60,585 bases of DNA, from IMG/VR virus record IMGVR_UViG_3300028195_000002, one strand, 5' to 3'. Position numbers and translations under genes: made by a program. Source of the stretch: a virus. Shown here in pieces: positions 32,712 to 39,779 of the stretch. The notes beneath the pieces are model-generated. The model did not search any database, was not told the origin of the DNA, and worked only from the letters and a program-made list of their open reading frames with translations. The stretch's first letter is position 1. Every line of letters begins with the position of its first letter.

Positions 32712-32844
32712 TTCTCCGTGTTTGGCGCATCTGGTCTTCGAGCTATTAAATCCTACCAAAAAGATGCTGCCTATTGATTTCGCATAATGCAGGAAAGACA
32801 CATCCCTGTAATTCCACTTTCTCGTATTTGAGTTTGAGGATTTG

Positions 32845-32957
32845 CAGTCGCAGCGGAACCCAACATTGTTGTTCGAATTCGTACGATAATTGTTCCAATT
32901 CGAATTCCAAACCCCGGCATTCGAACTGTTGTTCCAATTCTCGCCGGATAGCACACA
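32845..32957 (-). repeat. DGR template repeat (TR)
   Basis: Aligns to 33414-33526 at a constant offset of 569 nt. It contains 12 AAY codons, and I counted 30 sense-strand adenines in 32845-32949. Confidence 0.85.
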
Positions 32958-32974
32958 TTTTGAGGCGCTTCCCT

Positions 32975-33370
32975 TTATTTCCATTGTTGTTCTTCTTTTA
33001 TTTTTTTTATCCAGCCGCCAATCATTTTACCCAGCTCATCTATGAGCCTGGAAATTGCGGCATGCCTGACCCGTTCAAGCTGGCCCGGGCTTTTTTCTGA
33101 TTTTTTACCATCTTTAAAGCGGAAATATCCCAATTCAGCGGCCAGATAAATTTGCATTCTTAATTTTTCATGGGCAATATCCAGGTTGGTGAGCGTGGTC
33201 TTTTTAAAATACCTTTTTTGGCCCTCCGTGATATAATCATATACCTCATATGCAGTGCTCCTTATTCTATTTGCCAAGGCATATTTTTCAGCCTTGGGGA
33301 AATGGTTCAGATATACATTCAGCAATTTTGCTGTTTCCATAAATTTTCTATTTAAGCCTGGCTCTGACAT
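32975..33370 (-). CDS. avd: DGR accessory variability determinant (Avd, four-helix-bundle protein)
   Basis: 131 aa, basic and predicted helical. It occupies the canonical position between the target gene and the TR. Confidence 0.7.
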   Translation of the reverse strand: MSEPGLNRKFMETAKLLNVYLNHFPKAEKYALANRIRSTAYEVYDYITEGQKRYFKKTTLTNLDIAHEKLRMQIYLAAELGYFRFKDGKKSEKSPGQLERVRHAAISRLIDELGKMIGGWIKKIKEEQQWK

Positions 33371-33385
33371 TCAGTTTCCTTTAAT

Positions 33386-33401
33386 GGGCACTATCGTGCC
33401 C
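33386..33401 (-). promoter_or_regulatory. GC hairpin immediately 3' of VR (GGGCAC-GATA-GTGCCC on the sense strand)
   Basis: Perfect 6-bp stem with a 4-nt loop; its 5'-most sense-strand base (33401) is the last base of the target-gene stop codon (TAG, 33403-33401). Analogous to DGR target-recognition hairpins. Confidence 0.6.
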
Positions 33402-35107
33402 TATACAGGGTAACAGGCGCAGCGGAACCCAGCACTGTCGCTCGAATGCGCACGATAATAGTACCAATACGAATTCCAAACCCCGGCATACGAACTGTAG
33501 CTCCAAGCCCCGCCGGAGCGCGCACAGAGTTCATTGGTAATCTTTTGATAAAAATAATCTTTCCCGAAAATGTTGGCGCCAGTGGTGTCCACTCCGCCTG
33601 AGTCTTTTGGCACACCAAGACAGGTCAGTAAAAACGGGTTCCCGCTTACAGCTTCAGACAGCACTTGATTAGCACCTGACCCCATGCGCTGAGCAAAACC
33701 ATTGCTGGAATACCCGGTTTCAAACATCATATCAAAGGCATCCATCATGGCAGCCACGCCGGTTGCGCCCCAGTGATCAGTTGACAATGAATTGCCACTG
33801 GTAAAATCTTTCATGGCGGCTGCGTCTTTGGCTACGTAAAAATCACCAACAGTTGCCGAGCCCCCGGATGAATATGCAGCGAACGCAGTTGAGTCAACTC
33901 CATCCAATGTAAAATTATCCGCATCAACAACAGTGATTGTAAAAATTTTGTCATTAATTTCTGTCATACCACCAACGGACGTGATCATAGCGGGATCACC
34001 GGTTGCCCTTCCATGCCCTACTGCTGTTATCTTACAGGGGTTTGCGTTTGTTGCAGCAGTGATTGTTTTGCCGGCCGCTATGCAGGTAACGCCGATCATA
34101 ATTTCATACATTAGCCCATTAAGATCTGCTACCCCGCAGGCCTGGCCGTTATGGGTTGTTTTTGCAAACGGCACGCCGGACCCGGTCTTCCCGCAGTTTG
34201 AATATCCATCGCTGGTATAGGACACATTTCCATCATCTGTGTCACCAAGAGCGTTGTCATTACACCCCTTTGGATAATTATAAGTTGCGTCATACCATGC
34301 ACAATAAGTGGTTGCTGTTGCGGCCTGGCCGTGTGCCATGGAAAGAATAGCAAGGGCAGAATTGATAAATTGTGATTTTACAAAGAAGATCGAACTTGCA
34401 TTAACAGCCCCATTGACCCCATCCCTGGCATGGGCAGCATTAATTGCTTCATAATAATAATTACCCCCGCAGGCTGTCAGATCAGCTATGGGATTATGCG
34501 TTGACGCGGTCGATATAGGCAAGCCAGAGGCAATAGAGCTTGCAATATATCCCGTGCCCCAGGCGCGTTTTGAACATTTATATTTATCAACAAAAAACCC
34601 AATCTGCTCATTATTGTCATCAATAAAAGCACGGTGCAGTGCATACCCGGCAGAGTTCGCCTCCGCAGTTGAACCAAAATAGCTGGCTGGCTTTACATCA
34701 ATAACATTAATATCCAAGCCATTCGATCCTGTACCGATTTTATAAAAAAACTTTGGCACAAACACCATGACTGATCCGTCTGGGTATTGATAATTACCAT
34801 AATTATTATTGGCAACATCATCATATCCAGCCATGGGTGTCATGCCGGTTGGCAAATAGTCCTCCGGACAAATACCAACACCAAACCCGGCTGCGCCTGG
34901 TGTACCTATTTCCATAAGCGGTCCGGTTAATTCGGCAAGGGTGTGCGTGTGATCTTCCCTGGCTGCTGGAAACCCGCCAGCAGTCACTCCGTCATGGACC
35001 ACAAGGGCTTTCTTTGTGGTGTCAACGGTAATTTCCTTGTTTATACCTGTAAAGCTTGCATGTTCCGTGGTTGTGCCACCCCGGCGGGCTATTGCTGTTC
35101 CACTCAT
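33401..35107 (-). CDS. DGR target protein, Mtd-like receptor-binding protein with C-type-lectin-fold VR
   Basis: 568 aa. As I recall it, the N-terminus (RRGGTTTEHASFTGINKEITVDTTKKALVVHDGVTAGGFPAAR) closely resembles the Bordetella phage BPP-1 Mtd N-terminus. The C-terminus ...GVWNSYWYYYRAHSSDSAGFRCA is the VR. Confidence 0.8.
   Translation of the reverse strand: MSGTAIARRGGTTTEHASFTGINKEITVDTTKKALVVHDGVTAGGFPAAREDHTHTLAELTGPLMEIGTPGAAGFGVGICPEDYLPTGMTPMAGYDDVANNNYGNYQYPDGSVMVFVPKFFYKIGTGSNGLDINVIDVKPASYFGSTAEANSAGYALHRAFIDDNNEQIGFFVDKYKCSKRAWGTGYIASSIASGLPISTASTHNPIADLTACGGNYYYEAINAAHARDGVNGAVNASSIFFVKSQFINSALAILSMAHGQAATATTYCAWYDATYNYPKGCNDNALGDTDDGNVSYTSDGYSNCGKTGSGVPFAKTTHNGQACGVADLNGLMYEIMIGVTCIAAGKTITAATNANPCKITAVGHGRATGDPAMITSVGGMTEINDKIFTITVVDADNFTLDGVDSTAFAAYSSGGSATVGDFYVAKDAAAMKDFTSGNSLSTDHWGATGVAAMMDAFDMMFETGYSSNGFAQRMGSGANQVLSEAVSGNPFLLTCLGVPKDSGGVDTTGANIFGKDYFYQKITNELCARSGGAWSYSSYAGVWNSYWYYYRAHSSDSAGFRCACYPV
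33414..33526 (-). repeat. DGR variable repeat (VR) at the 3' end of the target gene
   Basis: 113-nt alignment with the TR has 19 mismatches. Sixteen are at TR adenines. Three are not: TR positions 32863, 32950 and 32953. Confidence 0.85.
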
Positions 35108-35110
35108 GTT

Positions 35111-36268
35111 TTATAATCCTCCATATTCATAAGATCCTGTGCCATTTGCCATGGCCAGGTCAATATACTCAACTTCGGGTTCATCGGAAAAAACAAAACC
35201 CGTGTCTATGTCTCCGTAATCGGACGTGTTTACTATTCTTTCGACAGTTAAATGACTGTCATTCAGGGCTATTTCCAGAACACCATCTCCCTCATATTCA
35301 ACAAACACCAAACTCCCATCACAAAAAATTTCATCAACAGAAAATTCCCATTCATCGGCCCCGTTAATGTCTGTACTCAGGGGCACCACATGGCTTGCGG
35401 TCAAATCATAAACCTTCATTGCATCAGCAGCGGCAGTAACTTCAGCGGCAGCCTGGGCAGCATCCGCTTTGGCCTGGGCATCTGCTATGGCCCGGGCTTC
35501 TTCATCAGAGACAATTCCGTCTGCGTAGGCATCAGCTCTTGTCTGCTCAAGAACATCCTGGGCGACGGCATAAGCGTTGGCAGCGGCTTCGGCAGCATCA
35601 GCTTTGCTTGTTGCATCAGCAGCGGCAGTAACTTCAGCGGCAGCCTGGGCAGCATCCGCTTTGGCCTGGGCATCTGCTATGGCCCGGGCTTCTTCATCAG
35701 AGACAATTCCGTCTGCGTAGGCATCAGCTCTTGTCTGCTCAAGAACATCCTGGGCGACGGCATAAGCGTTGGCAGCGGCTTCGGCAGCATCAGCTTTGCT
35801 TGTTGCATCAGCAGCGGCAGTAACTTCAGCGGCAGCCTGGGCAGCATCGGCCTTGGCCTGGGCATCTGCTATGGCCCGGGCTTCTTCAGCAGTAACTATT
35901 CCATCCGCGTAGGCGCTGGCAGTAATTTCTGCCAAATCAGCTTTTGCCTGGGCCGCCTCTATGGCACGGGCTTCAGCCTCTGTCACCATTCCGTCAGCAT
36001 AAGCCCTTGCTTTGACTTCGGTTAATGTGGCCTGTTCTGCGGTTATAGCTCTAATTATCGGCGTGGATTGCTGATTTGATATTGCCGGGGATTGAGCGTT
36101 TGTGGACAAAGATCCATCTGAATTAAACGATTGGTTTAATAAACCAGCCTCTTCAGATGTGTATACTCTAATTTTTTTAATTGTGCCGGAGACACCACCA
36201 GTAGACCAGATTTTTAAACTATTGGTTCCAGCCACCAATTCTTTTGCTGTAATCGCTTTCCAGGCCAT
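35111..36268 (-). CDS. Tail fibre paralog with Ala-rich tandem repeats
   Basis: 385 aa with the shared N-terminal anchor domain, 2.4 copies of a 64-aa repeat, and the shared C-terminal roughly 100-aa domain. Confidence 0.6.
   Translation of the reverse strand: MAWKAITAKELVAGTNSLKIWSTGGVSGTIKKIRVYTSEEAGLLNQSFNSDGSLSTNAQSPAISNQQSTPIIRAITAEQATLTEVKARAYADGMVTEAEARAIEAAQAKADLAEITASAYADGIVTAEEARAIADAQAKADAAQAAAEVTAAADATSKADAAEAAANAYAVAQDVLEQTRADAYADGIVSDEEARAIADAQAKADAAQAAAEVTAAADATSKADAAEAAANAYAVAQDVLEQTRADAYADGIVSDEEARAIADAQAKADAAQAAAEVTAAADAMKVYDLTASHVVPLSTDINGADEWEFSVDEIFCDGSLVFVEYEGDGVLEIALNDSHLTVERIVNTSDYGDIDTGFVFSDEPEVEYIDLAMANGTGSYEYGGL
35421..35890. repeat. 192-bp tandem repeat, about 2.4 copies
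   Basis: Units start at 35421, 35613 and 35805. The first two are nearly identical and the third is partial and diverging. Confidence 0.85.
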
Positions 36269-38274
36269 TATATCACCGTCCCGTAGTCATATTCACCGGC
36301 ACCGCTTTTTAATGACAGATCAATATATTGGTTTGTCTCAGGTTCATCATTAAAAGCAGAGCCTGAATCTAAATCACCATAATTATCAGTTGACGTTAAA
36401 AGATCCTGTTCCAATTGTGTCTCGTTCAAGGCCACTGATAAATTATCCGTACCCTCGTATTCGATGTGAATCAAAGAGCCTTCTGATAATAAGTCAACAG
36501 AGAATTCAAACTCATCGGCCCCGTCAATGTCGGTGTTGATGTTGACTGCTTCATCAGGATCAGAAGAAAAAATAAGACGTGCCGCATTGTCTGCATAAGT
36601 GTTGATGGTATCATAATCAGTCACGTCTGCCACGCCAATCCAATCGTCGGAAGCGTATGCGCCCCCCTCAGCCTTAGCCGTTTGACATCGTTTGACCCCG
36701 GCCCCTGTATCCCACAAATCCCCGGCATCATACGGCGGGACAGGGTTTGATACAGGCAGAAATACTCTGCGCTTTCCGTCTGCCGTGTCCTGGGCTGTTG
36801 CGGCGGCGGCCAAGGCTGCCGTAATATCTGAATCAGTCAATTTAAGCCAGGAATAGGTTGTGCTTACCACCCTGAAACGATAGGCGTATCCGGTTAAATT
36901 GTCATAATACAGGTCGCCCAGGTGCTGATCTTTTAATGCTGTTGTTGTCCAATCCACAGCAGGAACATTTGATAATGTCGGGACACCATCGTCAAACCAA
37001 CTTTCAATAGAATTTTGAATAATATTATATTCGCCTGAATTAATATCATTTAGAGAAGTTGGTTTGTCTGTCAGATTGTCATACCCGGAACTCCCCGCCG
37101 TAAATTTCATTACTATACTGTTAAATTCTGCCAATCCACCTTCTATCTTCCATCCGGTAATGCCTTCCACATAATTTGTGGATTGCATTTTCAAGCCGAC
37201 AAAAATCTCATTCGTATCAATATGTGCAGCCTTTATTGCGTCTGCCTGGATTGCATGTGCCAAAATGGAGCCATCTACCAAAAGATTACCATTAACACCA
37301 ACCGCACTAACGCCATCCACGTCACCGACGACGAACGGCACCATGGGCGTCTCTCCAACCTCCGCACCCGGCTTTACGATAGAAAACTTATCAGAAAGAA
37401 GGATAAATTCACTTGTAGGCACTCCATCATTGTCTGTTGAGATTAACCCAAAGCCAGAAACATACCCATTGTTATCAATCTTGACGGCATATTTACCCTC
37501 TATCCCGTTGATGCTGGTAAGGTTGGCACTGATAGCCGTGGTATTGCCACCAGCGGTTGATTGTACTGTAGTAATGGCCTCTGATAAAGCCGTATCCGCT
37601 GTCGCCCTGGTCGTTGCTTCTGTGCTGATTGCTGCCGTATTGTCACCGACACCAGTTTCAAGGACCGAAATACTTTCCGCCTGGGACGTAAGGCCTCCCT
37701 CATTATCCGTGATCCTAACATCAAGAGCTGTTATCGCCGTCCCCTGTGCCGCAACTCCCGTAGCTTCATCATCAACGGTGGTTTCTAAAGCAGTAATTTT
37801 GCTCGCACTGGTCGTTATGTTATCCTCGGACGTGGTAACCCGAGTATCCAAAGACTCCAGACCATTTGCGGTCACAGCCACGCCAGTCTCTGCATCGTTG
37901 ACGGTACTTTCCAGGGCGGTTATATCGAAAGCCATAGCGGAATCCGCAGAAACCCTGGCCGCTGTCTCAGAAACGATATCCGCCACATTGCTATTAACCG
38001 CAGCCTTTACTACGGTTATTTCCCCTGCAATCGCAGAATTTTCAGCTACCCTCGCCCGCGACTCTGACAGAACATACGCCATTGACGACGCTTGGACAAC
38101 CGGAGAAAGCGTCCCGTCCGGCATTACTGTCCGGTTTAAAATGCCTGCCTCTTTAGACGCAAATATTTTTATTTTTTTTATTGTTGCGGGAATATCGCCT
38201 GTTGACCAAACCTTAAGAGTGTTTGCATCTACTCCTTGTGCAAGGGATTTAGACGGAAGCGATAACCAGGTCAT
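36268..38274 (-). CDS. Tail fibre/receptor-binding protein paralog
   Basis: 668 aa with the shared N-terminal anchor domain, a Thr/Ala-rich repeat shaft, and the shared C-terminal domain (DIDGADEFEFSV...IEYEG). Confidence 0.6.
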   Translation of the reverse strand: MTWLSLPSKSLAQGVDANTLKVWSTGDIPATIKKIKIFASKEAGILNRTVMPDGTLSPVVQASSMAYVLSESRARVAENSAIAGEITVVKAAVNSNVADIVSETAARVSADSAMAFDITALESTVNDAETGVAVTANGLESLDTRVTTSEDNITTSASKITALETTVDDEATGVAAQGTAITALDVRITDNEGGLTSQAESISVLETGVGDNTAAISTEATTRATADTALSEAITTVQSTAGGNTTAISANLTSINGIEGKYAVKIDNNGYVSGFGLISTDNDGVPTSEFILLSDKFSIVKPGAEVGETPMVPFVVGDVDGVSAVGVNGNLLVDGSILAHAIQADAIKAAHIDTNEIFVGLKMQSTNYVEGITGWKIEGGLAEFNSIVMKFTAGSSGYDNLTDKPTSLNDINSGEYNIIQNSIESWFDDGVPTLSNVPAVDWTTTALKDQHLGDLYYDNLTGYAYRFRVVSTTYSWLKLTDSDITAALAAAATAQDTADGKRRVFLPVSNPVPPYDAGDLWDTGAGVKRCQTAKAEGGAYASDDWIGVADVTDYDTINTYADNAARLIFSSDPDEAVNINTDIDGADEFEFSVDLLSEGSLIHIEYEGTDNLSVALNETQLEQDLLTSTDNYGDLDSGSAFNDEPETNQYIDLSLKSGAGEYDYGTVI

Positions 38275-39779
38275 TACTGTATTCCCCCATAATTAAAGGC
38301 TCCACTGCCAATTTCTTGAGAAAGATCAATTATTTCAGTCGATTCTATCTCACCCGAAAAGACTTGAGCATCAGTAACATCACCATAGTTTGACGTGGTT
38401 GAAATCTTTGCGGTGGTAAGGTCTTCACCGTTAAAATTGACATCAAGAACACCGTCTCCCTCATATTCAATATAAACAAGCGCCCCATCCGCCATGGCAT
38501 CCTCTAAACTGAATATCCACGCGTCCGCCCCATCAATATCTGTTGATAAGTTAACTGGCTCATCTGGATCTATCTCATAAACAAGAAGAGCCTTTTCGTC
38601 TGCATATGACTTTGCGTCAGCATAGACCGTATCTATCAATCCAGCCTGAGAAACAAGGCCATCCTCCGTATCTTCTACCCTCGTATCAAGACTTGACAAT
38701 CCTGTGGCTGTAGCATCAACCCCGGTCGTCGGGTCGTTGACGGTGGATTCTAAAGCAGTAATCTTGCCGGAGCTAACCGAGATACCCCCTTCATTATCCG
38801 TAACTCTGATATCAAGAGACTCTATCCCAATTGCATTATTCGCAAGATTCTCGGCCAAAGTAGAGGACTCTCCTACTTTTTTCCAATAATCTGTGTCCGT
38901 CGGCAAGGGGGAAGGAGCCGTCGTGGTCACAATACATTTATAAATTTTGCTTTCATAAGAGACAAGATCATTAAGAGAGTATGCCGTATTTGTCTCAAAA
39001 TCACCGATACTGCCGAGATCCACTTCCACGGCAGACAATCTATCCAGCAAGCCCGTTTCTGCTGTTTCGACTTCCTCCCGTAATGTCGCGACCCTAGTGA
39101 CAAGACCCGTGGAATCGGCATCTATCAAATCGATTCTGGTAGAAAGATCCGCATAAAGCTGGCTTTCTGTTATTTCCCCGGTCAAGACGGCAAGAAGTTT
39201 TGTAACCGTTTCCTGCACCGAATCTTCCCCAGGGACCACATACCCACCTTGGATCTCAGGAGGACACCATACAGAATGTTTCCCCGCATAAGAAACCGAT
39301 CTTATCCAATAAGTGAAATCGCTGGTAACGTCAAAGCCGGAATGTTTAAAAAGGCCTGCCCCGGCCCTTATCGCTTCAGTGACGGTAAAAATACCAATTC
39401 TTTGAGCATCGGTTCTATCCTGACTTGCCTCCGCCGCCCAAATCTCAACATGAGAAACAATTTCATCCGCCGGGTTAGTCCAATTAAGGGCGTGAACGAA
39501 AGCTCCTGTTGCCGCTGTTAAATTTTTAGGAGGATTTGGCGTATCCATAGAACCAGAAGAAGAAGGGATTATGGCGTATGGGGTTTTCTTTGAACTCCGT
39601 AAAAACTGACCTACATCTATGCCCAGGCTTTCGAGTTCTGATATTCTTAAGGCACGATTTCCGTCAGTGTTTCTGCCTTGTCCGGATAATGCTTCAAGGC
39701 ATGTCTTTACTGCGGTAAAAAATTGGGTTTGGTCTGGGCTCACCGAAAAAGGAATATTCGGGATATTAGGATCAGCCAT
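38274..39779 (-). CDS. Tail fibre/host-specificity protein with FN3-like segment
   Basis: 501 aa. PPKNLTAATGAFVHALNWTNP looks FN3-like. The C-terminal domain is homologous to those of 36268-38274 and 35111-36268. Confidence 0.55.
   Translation of the reverse strand: MADPNIPNIPFSVSPDQTQFFTAVKTCLEALSGQGRNTDGNRALRISELESLGIDVGQFLRSSKKTPYAIIPSSSGSMDTPNPPKNLTAATGAFVHALNWTNPADEIVSHVEIWAAEASQDRTDAQRIGIFTVTEAIRAGAGLFKHSGFDVTSDFTYWIRSVSYAGKHSVWCPPEIQGGYVVPGEDSVQETVTKLLAVLTGEITESQLYADLSTRIDLIDADSTGLVTRVATLREEVETAETGLLDRLSAVEVDLGSIGDFETNTAYSLNDLVSYESKIYKCIVTTTAPSPLPTDTDYWKKVGESSTLAENLANNAIGIESLDIRVTDNEGGISVSSGKITALESTVNDPTTGVDATATGLSSLDTRVEDTEDGLVSQAGLIDTVYADAKSYADEKALLVYEIDPDEPVNLSTDIDGADAWIFSLEDAMADGALVYIEYEGDGVLDVNFNGEDLTTAKISTTSNYGDVTDAQVFSGEIESTEIIDLSQEIGSGAFNYGGIQ

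Noticed and set aside
32712-32984. The N-terminal 90 residues of the 428-aa RT ORF as genuine RT coding sequence; also the alternative-frame ORFs 32746-32958, 32771-32956 and 33391-33618.
   Set aside because: This segment is the TR plus spacer. The Asn-rich translation mirrors the VR-encoded peptide, and a GGAGAA-TTG start fits the canonical RT N-terminus. The other ORFs are frame shadows of the TR and VR.
35485-35865. A pair of near-identical 62-aa ORFs (35485-35673 and 35677-35865) as duplicated genes.
   Set aside because: They are off-frame translations of the 192-bp tandem repeat inside the fibre gene 35111-36268.
37178-38296. Long plus-strand ORFs inside minus-strand genes. Examples: 37178-38296 (372 aa), 13271-14068 (265 aa), 35252-36025 (257 aa), 44211-44891, and the many 60-170-aa plus-strand ORFs across the giant gene.
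   Set aside because: They lie antisense to, or in alternative frames of, long, motif-bearing minus-strand genes. Their composition is low-complexity (Ser/Phe/Leu-rich) and they have no RBS or operon logic. They are shadow ORFs.
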